A stretch of 64,000 nucleotides of DNA from a virus: the IMG/VR virus record IMGVR_UViG_3300033757_000225, positions 42 to 64,041 of that record. One strand, given 5' to 3'. Positions 10,282-19,971 of the stretch are shown one piece after another. Within the stretch, counting starts at the first letter, position 1. The number at the start of each line of letters is the position of its first letter. Below the pieces are notes generated by a model. The model ran no database searches. It worked only from the letters and a program-made list of their open reading frames with translations, and was not told the origin of the DNA. Made by a program: the position numbers and the translations under genes.

Positions 10282-10578
10282 TTAGAGCGGCTCAACGGAA
10301 CTTGAAGATACAAGATTATCCGTTGTAGAAATGGCCGTTACAGGGCCTTTGGTAAGTACATTCGTAGTATCGGGGTGTGTTGCTGATAGGTGTGCAGCGT
10401 ATTTTGTCGCGAGCTCTTCAGTGCGCGCAATCTCCAAATTCAGCTTCGCCGTAATTGCAGCGCTCTGGGCGTTGTAGTCCGCCTTTAATTCGTTCAAGAG
10501 CGTAATTGCGTCCGCGAGCTGATCGGCCAACTTTCTCAGCGCCGGGCAATTGCGTTCTAGGTCAATTTTCTTTGCCAT
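10282..10578 (-). CDS. Head fibre/decoration-like coiled-coil protein
   Basis: 98 aa right after the capsid gene, heptad pattern, RBS AGGAG. Confidence 0.55.
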   Translation of the reverse strand: MAKKIDLERNCPALRKLADQLADAITLLNELKADYNAQSAAITAKLNLEIARTEELATKYAAHLSATHPDTTNVLTKGPVTAISTTDNLVSSSSVEPL

Positions 10579-10595
10579 TGCATTACTCCTAGTAC

Positions 10596-10619
10596 ATCAG
10601 GGCGCTTTCGCGCCCCGAT
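10596..10619 (-). terminator. GAAA-tetraloop hairpin after major capsid gene
   Basis: GGGCGC-GAAA-GCGCCC stem; no clear U tract, so it may be an RNA stabiliser rather than a terminator. Confidence 0.45.
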
Positions 10620-10636
10620 ATAAATAAAATCACCAC

Positions 10637-12049
10637 TCAATACCAACCAAGGCTGGTATATCCGACATTCTTCACCACACCATGGTACCAGGGCACTTTC
10701 ACGTCAGGCGTTCCGAACAGCACGATCAGGAACGGCGTTACAGCGCTCTTGGTAGGATACAAGTCAAACTTCATAAGCGGCAGGAACTGATCCCACTGGA
10801 TTGACGGCTCAACAGGGTCAATCGACAGATACAGGATTTCGCCAGTGCCCGGCAGGTCTGCGTTCTGATCGAGATAAACCGTTGTAGAACTACCAGAATC
10901 CGCAATCCGCACCATCTCGCGAGTATCACTACCATCGACAGCATCTTTCTTGCTGCGGCAAATGATATAACCAGTCCCCTTGATTGATCCCGGAGTAATG
11001 GTAATCTTTACTTCCTTGCCGCCTGTAACTGCCACTGATGCCGCTGTTGCTGGATCTGAAATGCCATACTCATTGATTGCGTGTACCGTGTAGAAATAGG
11101 TTCCCGCATCATCCGTTACAAAGCCGGGGCTGCCACCACTTGATAGGTTCTGCGCTGTGAGCGCGAATGTGGGCGCAGAGGGTCTCTTGGTAACATCGCC
11201 ATTCGCAACGACATTGCCTTTCAAATGGAACATCTTGTCAGGGCCAGCTTCCTTGCCGGAAATCTTGATTGGATTCGAAAATGGAGTCGGATACTCTTCG
11301 ATGACCATTGCACCAGCGCGGTCAGCCGGATTCAGCCGCAATCTGTCTCTTGCAAGCACCTGGAAATCCTGAGCAATCATAGAAGGCATGAAGGCATGAG
11401 AAAGGTCGCCGCCGTTATCGTGCACCATGCGCGCCATTTCCGTAATCGAATCCTCACCACCCGCGTCAGTGATCTTTTTGCCGCGCAGGTCAACAAGGTT
11501 ACGACGTGAAGTGCTCGCAAGAATCTGTTTGATAACAGAATCAAACTGCACTGGCACCGCAGCGGAATCGCCATGGAACATTGCATATTCAGCGCCCTTG
11601 AGGATAGTAAGGGTTCCTGCCAGCTTCTCAGATGCAATCGCATCCTCGAGCGTTTTCGCAACCTGCATCTGGAGCGTAACCTCCCTGTAGGTCTGCAAAA
11701 ACTTCATCGGTTTTACGACGCGCTCAATGGACTGATCCGTTGCCCCAGATTCGCCGCCCTCGGCTGCAAAAATGTTTTTGTAGTCTCCGGCATCGTTTCT
11801 GCGGGTATACTCATGGATCGTTGACATTACTTTTTGCGTCTTGAGAAGATTCATGAGCTTGAAATCCTGCTTCTTTGCATCAAGAGCGGTCACAAGAGAA
11901 TTCTCAATATCCTGGGGGATCAGTGCACGCCCACCAGTCATATTCGCAGAATCGGTTCCTGCACCAGCGCTGAGTGCTTTAAGAAGGGCACCCTCGGAAA
12001 CCGATCCAAATCCAGTTTCACCAACAGCAGTCGGTTCAAAAAGGTTCAT
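10637..12049 (-). CDS. Major capsid protein
   Basis: LLKA-LSAG...GG.AL..QDIE N-terminus, STIHEY and KPMKFL motifs of SPO1/Twort-like capsids; start at 12049 fits GGAGG spacing. Confidence 0.92.
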   Translation of the reverse strand: MNLFEPTAVGETGFGSVSEGALLKALSAGAGTDSANMTGGRALIPQDIENSLVTALDAKKQDFKLMNLLKTQKVMSTIHEYTRRNDAGDYKNIFAAEGGESGATDQSIERVVKPMKFLQTYREVTLQMQVAKTLEDAIASEKLAGTLTILKGAEYAMFHGDSAAVPVQFDSVIKQILASTSRRNLVDLRGKKITDAGGEDSITEMARMVHDNGGDLSHAFMPSMIAQDFQVLARDRLRLNPADRAGAMVIEEYPTPFSNPIKISGKEAGPDKMFHLKGNVVANGDVTKRPSAPTFALTAQNLSSGGSPGFVTDDAGTYFYTVHAINEYGISDPATAASVAVTGGKEVKITITPGSIKGTGYIICRSKKDAVDGSDTREMVRIADSGSSTTVYLDQNADLPGTGEILYLSIDPVEPSIQWDQFLPLMKFDLYPTKSAVTPFLIVLFGTPDVKVPWYHGVVKNVGYTSLGWY

Positions 12050-12063
12050 TTGCATTACCTCCG

Positions 12064-13563
12064 TTACAGTGATTTCAGCATCCGCATATCCGCGTCACTG
12101 ATAGGCAGCCCTTTATTGAGCCGCTCTTCCATTACTCCCATTTCAAGCAGGGATATTTTCCCCTGCTGAACTGCTTCTCTTGCTTTTGCCATGATTTCGT
12201 CGCGCGTCATGCTTACATGCTCGCCATTGGCACCATTAAAGAAGCGCTCTTGGCGATTCAAAACCGCCTTGCGCGGGGACGGCTCTTCGGAGAGTGATTT
12301 CAGGAAAAGCCCAGTCGCGTGAACTGAGCTTCCAATCGCCTTTTGCAGCGATTCAACTCGACTGATCCTTGCAGAGAGCTCACCAATCCGATCTGAAATA
12401 GACTTGGTAAGGTCTCGCAAGAATGGAGTAACCTCAAGAAGGTCTCCATCCTCAACTTCAATTTCCTCATAGATCGACTTCTTGAGAGGCTTGGTGTTGC
12501 ATTTTTCCATGTACTCTTCATCCTCTCCCACACCCTCTTCCGACTCGAAGGGAACAGTTTTTTTCTTCTTTTTCAGCTGATCCTCTTCGCCCTCCTGTGC
12601 TTCATCTCCAGCATCTTCATCGTTTACAGGGGGGAATTCTTCATCGAATGAAGGCTGGGCCTCTTCCATCTCCTCATCTTCCGCCTTTGCTTTTTTCCCT
12701 TTGAGCCTTTTTTCGAGAGTATCAAGAGATTTCTGAAAGGCTTCCAGCAGCTTATTGTCTGCCATTTTGCTTACCTCCGTTTCCATGTGCTTGTCGTTCA
12801 AAATAGAACGCAATATTTTTTCAGCCTCAGCAGCGCTGTATCCTCGATTCATTAAAAACTCTTTTGCCTCATCGACGTCTTGTAGTTCTCCAGCAGCAAG
12901 AGCCATGACAACCGCTATTTTGTGCGGTTTGTCCTTTTTCTCATCACCTTCCAAATCTTGTGCAACCATCGCCTGGCCGCCCGTCATTCCCGCAGAGTTT
13001 GTTGCAAAGCCGGATGTCAGTGACTTCACGAACGCCGCACCAGAAAGCGCAATCGGCTCAAGCGTCTGATTGACGGGCTTGAAGGTGATTGCCAGCTCGT
13101 CCCACAATACCTTGGTGACCTTTTCTACAATCCGCCCTAATTTTTGATCCCATTCTGATACAACTTGTGGCCGGCGCCCGCCTACCGATGTTTTGAGCCT
13201 TGTCGAGCCATCTTTTAGCTTTTTAACAATGTCTTGCACGAGCGGGTTTGATTTATACAGCTTTGCTTTTACAAATGTTCCCTTCCCTACTTTATAGACG
13301 TCAATAGGCTCGCCAATGATATATTTCTCCGGAGTCCAATGCGGGTCTTCGGGATCAGCCCGTAAATGACGATGATCATAGCTGATAACGCCATTCTTGA
13401 GGAAATAGTCTTTAGAATCCAAGAGCGCTCTCTGTAAAACAATTTGACCATCGTAATCTAGGTTTTCGTTGGATGCTTCACATTCGATGATATAATTCCC
13501 ATTATCATCGGTTTCGATAGATTTTGAGAGTCGTAATTGTAGATATATTCTATCCTCGTACAT
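12064..13563 (-). CDS. Prohead protease fused to scaffold
   Basis: DYDGQIV, ISYDH (His) and TSVGG (Ser) protease motifs followed by an acidic coiled-coil scaffold; likely start MYEDRIY at 13563. Confidence 0.88.
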   Translation of the reverse strand: MYEDRIYLQLRLSKSIETDDNGNYIIECEASNENLDYDGQIVLQRALLDSKDYFLKNGVISYDHRHLRADPEDPHWTPEKYIIGEPIDVYKVGKGTFVKAKLYKSNPLVQDIVKKLKDGSTRLKTSVGGRRPQVVSEWDQKLGRIVEKVTKVLWDELAITFKPVNQTLEPIALSGAAFVKSLTSGFATNSAGMTGGQAMVAQDLEGDEKKDKPHKIAVVMALAAGELQDVDEAKEFLMNRGYSAAEAEKILRSILNDKHMETEVSKMADNKLLEAFQKSLDTLEKRLKGKKAKAEDEEMEEAQPSFDEEFPPVNDEDAGDEAQEGEEDQLKKKKKTVPFESEEGVGEDEEYMEKCNTKPLKKSIYEEIEVEDGDLLEVTPFLRDLTKSISDRIGELSARISRVESLQKAIGSSVHATGLFLKSLSEEPSPRKAVLNRQERFFNGANGEHVSMTRDEIMAKAREAVQQGKISLLEMGVMEERLNKGLPISDADMRMLKSL

Positions 13564-13577
13564 ATTCCCCCATGCAT

Positions 13578-13631
13578 AAAAAAGGCCGAATACCCCTTTT
13601 GTGGGATATCCGGCCCTCGTCTCCACTCGGC
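13578..13631 (-). terminator. Conserved leader plus intrinsic terminator, copy 1
   Basis: GCCGAGTGGAGACGAG, then a 13-bp stem GGCCGGATATCCC/GGGGTATTCGGCC, then T6; 53/54 identical to 56793..56846. Confidence 0.8.
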
Positions 13632-13658
13632 GCTCTATGTCTCTATTTCATATTTCCT

Positions 13659-13687
13659 ATTATATTGCATTAAAATCTTAAATGCAA
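13659..13687 (-). promoter_or_regulatory. sigma70 promoter for capsid operon with overlapping inverted repeat
   Basis: TTGCAT-17 bp-TATAAT; TTGCATT...AATGCAA inverted repeat spans the -35 and spacer. Confidence 0.75.
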
Positions 13688-13707
13688 GTGTTCATACAAC
13701 TTGCCGA

Positions 13708-14829
13708 TCAATCAGAAAAACGCTCATGATTCAAAATTGCCCGCATCCGATCTGGATGCATCCCTCGTTGAGCCTCGATATAAGGTCTCCATTTCCTTAT
13801 TGCCGCCCATGCCTCCTCATTCTCATCCTCCCATGCTGCATTCTCGTTGCCGTGATAATAATTATATACCCGAATTGCGTATTCTGGAATCTTGGTTTCA
13901 AGCAATTCCTTTCTTCGGGCATCTTGTTTAGCTTGTGCTTCTCTTTCGGCTTCTCGCTTCTTTACCTTGATATCCTCAAGTTTATCTTTGGGAATCGACG
14001 CAATAATCTCTGATGCAAAAGGAGCCATCGCCCCTGGGCGCGTAGCCTGTGCTCTGCCATGAATTGTAACGTCGCGCCACGATAACTCTACTCCGTCTGC
14101 CTCATATTTATAGATTGGGTCGCCATCCATATCACCTGTCTGCGTAACGGTGACGGGCACATTGCCGCGTGGAATCTGCTTACGGAGCTTATCCGCCTCA
14201 GCGCGCATTTTGTCAAGCAGTAATTTTTCTTGTGCTGCCTCTTCTCCGCGTTTACCTCCCCGTTCTATTGCTTGTTTTAAGTTATTCTCCAGTGTGGCCA
14301 TTTCATACCTCTTAACAAGTGCCTGTAAATCTGGACGTGAATCTATTTTTAATGTTGGGACAACCATTGCCCCATTCACTTTTTCAGGCTTGAATCGAAC
14401 TACCTTCACGCCTCCATAATAATCCGGTACTCCGCCTTTAAGAGTCTTTCCATCGAGGGGGTTCCCTGGCGCTGATACCTGATAGGTAATGCCTTCAGCC
14501 AATAGCTTCCTATCTTCTTCACTATTCTGAGAAGACGGCTTCGCAGTAGTAGCTTGATTGCTATCAATCCCTCCCTCTTCACCTTGAGTGTCTTTTTTAA
14601 CCTCAACAACGAGCTTCGGCTTATCGGAATTTATCTTTTCTTCCAATTCCGATGTTTCAAATATATCCGGCTGCACTACCGAGGGCTTTTCATGCTGCGC
14701 CTCTTCCGGCAATACCCAAACTGTCGTCTGATATACCTTGCCATCGCGCGTAACCAGCATTTTCTTAGGTATAAGGCGTGGCGTTTTTTTCGCTTTCTCA
14801 AGAGACTCCATAAGGATATAGCTAATCAT
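13708..14829 (-). CDS. Accessory protein with shared N-terminal motif
   Basis: EKAKKTPRLIPKKMLVTRDGKVYQTTVWVLP...QPDIF; remainder unrecognised. Confidence 0.8.
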   Translation of the reverse strand: MISYILMESLEKAKKTPRLIPKKMLVTRDGKVYQTTVWVLPEEAQHEKPSVVQPDIFETSELEEKINSDKPKLVVEVKKDTQGEEGGIDSNQATTAKPSSQNSEEDRKLLAEGITYQVSAPGNPLDGKTLKGGVPDYYGGVKVVRFKPEKVNGAMVVPTLKIDSRPDLQALVKRYEMATLENNLKQAIERGGKRGEEAAQEKLLLDKMRAEADKLRKQIPRGNVPVTVTQTGDMDGDPIYKYEADGVELSWRDVTIHGRAQATRPGAMAPFASEIIASIPKDKLEDIKVKKREAEREAQAKQDARRKELLETKIPEYAIRVYNYYHGNENAAWEDENEEAWAAIRKWRPYIEAQRGMHPDRMRAILNHERFSD

Positions 14830-15044
14830 TCAAGCGTCCTCCTGCCGCGTAATAGAGCCATATATGCAGCTTGCGCTTTTGCATCGCCCCTAGCGGCGCG
14901 CACCCGTAAACGTTCGATATTACTTTGATGCTCTGGGAAAATCTCATCCTTTTTGTAGTGTATTTCCTCAGCGGATTCCATACCCTGTTTTTTGAGAGAC
15001 CGGATTCTCGCAATAACTTTCAACAATTCATTTTGCGCATTCAT
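14826..15044 (-). CDS. Small hypothetical protein
   Basis: 72 aa, ATGA-coupled to both neighbours. Confidence 0.65.
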   Translation of the reverse strand: MNAQNELLKVIARIRSLKKQGMESAEEIHYKKDEIFPEHQSNIERLRVRAARGDAKAQAAYMALLRGRRTLE

Positions 15045-18000
15045 GCAGCCACCCCTTTTACTTCCAGCCCTTTATTATACCGCTCTTGTCGTACATTCGC
15101 AATTCTTGATGCAAGTCCAGTATCATCCAAGATACCAGGGTCCTCTTCAAATATGCTTCCAAGCGCTTTTTTCCTCTGAATCCTATCCCACTTCGCCTGT
15201 TCATGCGGAGTCTTTGTCACTAGGTCAAAATAATCAATTTCACTATGGGCCTGGCCTGGCCTATCTATTCTACCCTCTCTCTGCTGTTTTACCCATGCAG
15301 TCTGTGGGAGATCGTAATTCACCAAATACGCGGCATTTTGTAAATTCAGCCCCGTTGCCCCAGCATCTGAACAAATTATTACGTCATACACTCTATCTTT
15401 CGGATTGGGCGGGTTGAATCCAACCTTCACCTCTTCTTTTTGGGCACCATTCATCGAGCCTTGAATAACGCCCACTCGCACGCCTTTCTTTTCTAGCGAT
15501 TGCCGAAGCATTGCAAGCGTGGCGAGGTTATGCGTAAAGATCACCCCAGGCTTCCTGTCTCCAGCATGTGCGTTTGTCTTTGGGTTGTCGGCCTGATATA
15601 CATTGGAGCTCACAATATCCATCAATCTCTGAACCTTCGCATTCTTGTCCCCGTCAAATTGATTCACCACGCGGTTCAGCGCCTCTTCTTTGATCACACC
15701 TGCCGATTCCTGCAAACGCTTGGCAATATCCTCATGCTTCTCTTCAGGAACGTTCCTGAAAGAATTCGGCGATAAATATTTCATGGCCTCTACATCAACA
15801 CGGCCTTCCTTCGAAGCCTTGGACGCTTGCTTGAACATCTGGAGCACCTTGTCATATTCGCTTTTCTGCTCAGGCGTCAGATCGATTTCCTCTTTATGGT
15901 CATTGCGCACGGTTCCTGTAACTGTTTTGCTGGCATAATTATAACGATCAATAAGACGCTGCAAAGAACGCTGCGAAAATTCAGGGTCTACCCCATATTT
16001 TTTCATAAATTCGTCTCGATTATTGAACTTCTTGGGATCGACTTTGTGTAGCATATCATAGGCTTCCGAAATATCATTCTTTACCGGCGTCGCCGATTGA
16101 TTCATAAAATATTCAACGTTTTGATTCAGCGCATCTACGACGTTTGCGAGTGTCGCATCTTCTTTACCTTTCCGATTCATAGTATAGTGCGATTCGTCCA
16201 CTGTCAGCATGTCAAATGATATCCCCTCTTTTTTCATGGCATCGCCCAGTGTTTTTACACGCTCGTCCGGTCTCATGGCATTGAATTTTGCTTTCATTGC
16301 ATTGTCATCAAGCCCATTGTTCCTTGCCATGATATGTATGAGATCATCCCGCAAGCTTTGATGCGTCATAACTACCATATCGAGATTTCCGTCTTTTAAT
16401 GCCTGTATGCGTTCTTCTCTCGATAGCCCAGGATCGGATTTCACACGATATTTCCCTGGCTTGCAGAATACATTGACCTCATTCCCAAATTGCGCTTGTA
16501 CAACCGATGGAACCGCAAATATGGCTCGTTTCGCTTTTCCTTTATCTTTGAGTGTCGTAAAGCTCGCTATGGAAATGATTGTTTTCCCCTTTCCGGTACC
16601 AAAGGTAAGATTCATGCGCTTGGCAACCTCGAACATTTTGATTGCGCGTTGCCGCTCTCCCTTGGTATTCATACTTGCAACTGCATATTTTTGCCCGCGT
16701 CTTTGATTGACGGCAATCTGTGGCACGATGGAGGCAAGCTGCTGCTCAGCTCGTTGGCCAATGGAGATTTTCTCGCTCCCATCATTCTGCTTTAACTCTT
16801 CACCGCCAAACATTTCAAGCTGTGCTGCGTCTTCTTTCCGCTTTTGCTCCAAATATTCAATAGCCTTTTCTTTCCACGAACCAGCTGCAAATTTACCGCG
16901 TTCACGATTCGCAACCGTTGCTCCCGCACTTGCAAGCTCTGCCTGAACTTTATCAATAAAAGAATCGCGCACATCCTTATGGAGCATGCCCAGCACATGA
17001 TCTTTCCAGTTCCGGATTTTCTCAACTTTAGTATGTAAATGTTTTTTTGTAACACGCCCATAATTCTTGACAAACTTCTCTATAAATTCGCCTTTCGCAA
17101 TATCAAGCACGGCAGCATGTGCACGCTCGACATCGCCATGCATGCGCACATATTCACCCCATGGGCTTTTCTCTTTCCGTTCCGCTCCGGCCTCGAATTG
17201 TACCTCGGTATAACCCGACATGAATTTCAAATAATGATCGCGCATCTGGGTTTCGTACAGTTCAGTCAGTTTTTCCGGCAATTCCTTTTCGAGCTTTTCA
17301 GCCTCGCGGCTCGCTGCATCCGCATCAATAACAAGATCAGGATCACGTAAATCATCAATCTGTTGAAAAAGTTCTTCCGCACCATCGACATTCCCTCTGT
17401 ATGTTTCCCATTGCCCTGGTACAACTTTCGTTAATGGCGGAATATCCTTTTCTCCGAACATATCTTCGAAGGAATGATTTTCAATTAAATCATTACGAAT
17501 GAGCTCTAATGCAATATTCTTATCTCCAGCACACTTCCCCCTGAGAAACTGCATCCACGCGCCCTGTCGCGATATCGCTTCTCCGCCTATATTTTGCATA
17601 TCCTGCGTGGCGGTTTGCTCGGCCATAGAACCCTTGTAGATATTCTTCTCCCAATACCGACGCAAATCAGCCTGATCCTCTGGTGTCAAATCTTCAACAG
17701 CCTTGAAAACAAATCTGCCTTCAGGCATTTCACCAAGCGTCCGGTGCACTGCCTCTTCGGTCTTCGCGATTTCGTCGGCATTATCGGCCAATGACTGATT
17801 TTCGATACTATCGGCTGCATATTCGGCATCTGGCCCAGGGTCGGTAAAGCTGTCCGTCTCTCTGCGCACCAAACCAGGCGGCATCCAACCGTCCTCGTCC
17901 TCAAGCCCCGCTTTGATCTGGGAAACCCTGTTTTCGATAGCAATATCCTCTTTGCTTTTGGTAGGAAGTAATTTTTGCGGCGTATGTATTGTGGCGATTT

Positions 18001-19957
18001 TGCTGCCATTTATCGTATCAATATCGTAATCATCTTTTGCTAAACCAAGCGCGCGCATCCGGATAATGGCATCCTCGTTGGAAATCTGACCAAGCGATAC
18101 TTCGATGGAATCCTTATCAGTTTTGCGTTTCAGTTCCAGCACCATCGCCGCACTCGCTTCAAGATTCCCCAACGCCTGCCCTGCGATCCTGTTTGCCGCG
18201 TCCAAGTATTCAAGTCGTGTCTCGTTAAGTTCAGCGACCATTGCCAAATCAGTAGGATTCGCATCAATTTCAGCCTGGAGGCTTTCTGCGCGAGCGATAA
18301 GCTCTTTCGCTCGCTCCGTTGCATCTTTTGCAATCGCTTCATTGATCTCTTTATGATACTTCTCCATTCCCACAGAGAAATCCTCATATTCCTCTTTCGA
18401 AAGATCGCGTCGAGCCATCATTGCAAGCAATTTCGCACTTGCTCCCACACCGAGAATATCAACTACATCGCGGTCCAACCCCTCATTCTTCAATGCAGCA
18501 AGTGCAATCGAGTTCAGGCCAGCATAATTGCCGTTGGCAATCCATTTGCCTGATCCACCAGTATTATTTTTAATCGTCTCCAAGAGCGAGGAATGTATTT
18601 CAGCTTGGCGCTCAATCGCCATCGCTTCCGCTTCGCTTTCGAGCTCGGCATCAAGCGCCTCTGAAAAGTCCAGCGATACGCCCCTGCCATACACAATATC
18701 TTCGGCACTCTCGTCGGCATCATCGACCGTTCCATCAAGGTTTATTTCCGTCGCCTTCTCTTTATTGCCTTCAATATTGTCAAGAGTTTGCTTCATTTCT
18801 AGGTATTTTTTGAGCAATTCGGCTTTGGTGTCAATTTCCGAGATCGGCTTTATATCTGGGTCCTCCGGCTCATAAAATGTCGATTTCGCATCTGCAATCG
18901 CCCTGCTCGTTCCAACCCCCGCGGCTATCATGGCTGCAGCGCCAGGATTCTCCATTGCAATTTCCTGAAGCCGGTCCTGGAACATTTTTTCTTTTTCTTC
19001 TGCAAGCTCTTCTTGGGTTAGTCCGTGTTCACTAGCGCTTTCTCGATATTCTTTTTGAAATCCCAGGCCTTTATTTTTATTTTCTGTTTTAATCTCTTCT
19101 TCAGCATGTGCTTGTTGTTGTATCATGGATTCAATCTGTTCGCGTAAGGATGGGTCAAAAATCATCTCTCGCCTGATATTCCTTATTACTTCTCTTGCAT
19201 GCGAGAGCAAGTTCTTTCTTTGAGCTTTCTTCGCCCGTTCTATCGCCTTGCCCGCAACCATTAAAGCTTTACGCGCATTTTTTATTTCCGCTTCGTCTCC
19301 CTTTTCCTCGGCATCAGCCAGCCGTGCTTGCAATTCTGCAATGATATGTTCTTTTTCCTCGTCGTAGTCTCTCTTTATTTCCCAGCCCATTTTATTGGCA
19401 ACGTGCTGGATAAATTCTTCTTGCACTTGCTCTGCTTGCTTTTTTTTCTCCTCTTCAAGCCTTCTCGCGAGCTCTTTTTCAGCTTTCTTTTGCTCTTTGT
19501 ATGCTTTGCGCTCTTCGTGAGTCATTTCCTCTAACCGCTTTTGCTCTGCGAGCCTCTCTTCCATGCGCTCGCGCTTTTTGGCTTCTTTACGGCGTTCAAA
19601 TTCCTCGGCATATTCCTCTTTTGATTTAATCTTATTTAGCTTTAATCCATTGAGCTTGCCACCAGCCCCAGCAATGACATGCGCAGTGCCGTTCCCTGTA
19701 TCCTGTATAAGTATGGGCTGCCCCTCTGATTCATCGCCATTCGGGTGGACAGTGATCCATCGCGCCCCAGCTGGAATTTTTGAAACTTTTGCTTTGCGAA
19801 GATAGGCGTTTACCACTTGAAGCGATTTTCGCATCGCAAGATATTCATGCGCAGTGAGCTCAATATAGTGCGAGACCTCTACATCAAGCGTTCCAGATTT
19901 TTCGAGTTTTCTCAATGCATCGTCGTCATAGCTGTATGATTGAATTTTGAAAAACAT
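15041..19957 (-). CDS. Large SNF2/SF2 helicase-domain polyvalent protein
   Basis: 1638 aa; GTGKGKT Walker A, DESH Walker B, SDAGATGLNLQ and QREGRIDRPGQ helicase-C motifs; long coiled-coil N-terminus. Confidence 0.88.
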   Translation of the reverse strand: MFFKIQSYSYDDDALRKLEKSGTLDVEVSHYIELTAHEYLAMRKSLQVVNAYLRKAKVSKIPAGARWITVHPNGDESEGQPILIQDTGNGTAHVIAGAGGKLNGLKLNKIKSKEEYAEEFERRKEAKKRERMEERLAEQKRLEEMTHEERKAYKEQKKAEKELARRLEEEKKKQAEQVQEEFIQHVANKMGWEIKRDYDEEKEHIIAELQARLADAEEKGDEAEIKNARKALMVAGKAIERAKKAQRKNLLSHAREVIRNIRREMIFDPSLREQIESMIQQQAHAEEEIKTENKNKGLGFQKEYRESASEHGLTQEELAEEKEKMFQDRLQEIAMENPGAAAMIAAGVGTSRAIADAKSTFYEPEDPDIKPISEIDTKAELLKKYLEMKQTLDNIEGNKEKATEINLDGTVDDADESAEDIVYGRGVSLDFSEALDAELESEAEAMAIERQAEIHSSLLETIKNNTGGSGKWIANGNYAGLNSIALAALKNEGLDRDVVDILGVGASAKLLAMMARRDLSKEEYEDFSVGMEKYHKEINEAIAKDATERAKELIARAESLQAEIDANPTDLAMVAELNETRLEYLDAANRIAGQALGNLEASAAMVLELKRKTDKDSIEVSLGQISNEDAIIRMRALGLAKDDYDIDTINGSKIATIHTPQKLLPTKSKEDIAIENRVSQIKAGLEDEDGWMPPGLVRRETDSFTDPGPDAEYAADSIENQSLADNADEIAKTEEAVHRTLGEMPEGRFVFKAVEDLTPEDQADLRRYWEKNIYKGSMAEQTATQDMQNIGGEAISRQGAWMQFLRGKCAGDKNIALELIRNDLIENHSFEDMFGEKDIPPLTKVVPGQWETYRGNVDGAEELFQQIDDLRDPDLVIDADAASREAEKLEKELPEKLTELYETQMRDHYLKFMSGYTEVQFEAGAERKEKSPWGEYVRMHGDVERAHAAVLDIAKGEFIEKFVKNYGRVTKKHLHTKVEKIRNWKDHVLGMLHKDVRDSFIDKVQAELASAGATVANRERGKFAAGSWKEKAIEYLEQKRKEDAAQLEMFGGEELKQNDGSEKISIGQRAEQQLASIVPQIAVNQRRGQKYAVASMNTKGERQRAIKMFEVAKRMNLTFGTGKGKTIISIASFTTLKDKGKAKRAIFAVPSVVQAQFGNEVNVFCKPGKYRVKSDPGLSREERIQALKDGNLDMVVMTHQSLRDDLIHIMARNNGLDDNAMKAKFNAMRPDERVKTLGDAMKKEGISFDMLTVDESHYTMNRKGKEDATLANVVDALNQNVEYFMNQSATPVKNDISEAYDMLHKVDPKKFNNRDEFMKKYGVDPEFSQRSLQRLIDRYNYASKTVTGTVRNDHKEEIDLTPEQKSEYDKVLQMFKQASKASKEGRVDVEAMKYLSPNSFRNVPEEKHEDIAKRLQESAGVIKEEALNRVVNQFDGDKNAKVQRLMDIVSSNVYQADNPKTNAHAGDRKPGVIFTHNLATLAMLRQSLEKKGVRVGVIQGSMNGAQKEEVKVGFNPPNPKDRVYDVIICSDAGATGLNLQNAAYLVNYDLPQTAWVKQQREGRIDRPGQAHSEIDYFDLVTKTPHEQAKWDRIQRKKALGSIFEEDPGILDDTGLASRIANVRQERYNKGLEVKGVAA

Positions 19958-19971
19958 TCTCGCCTCCGCTA

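Noticed and set aside
12041-12055. QMNLF clamp-like motif at the capsid N-terminus
   Set aside because: GGAGG spacing favours the second ATG (12049), which removes the Gln; likely coincidence.
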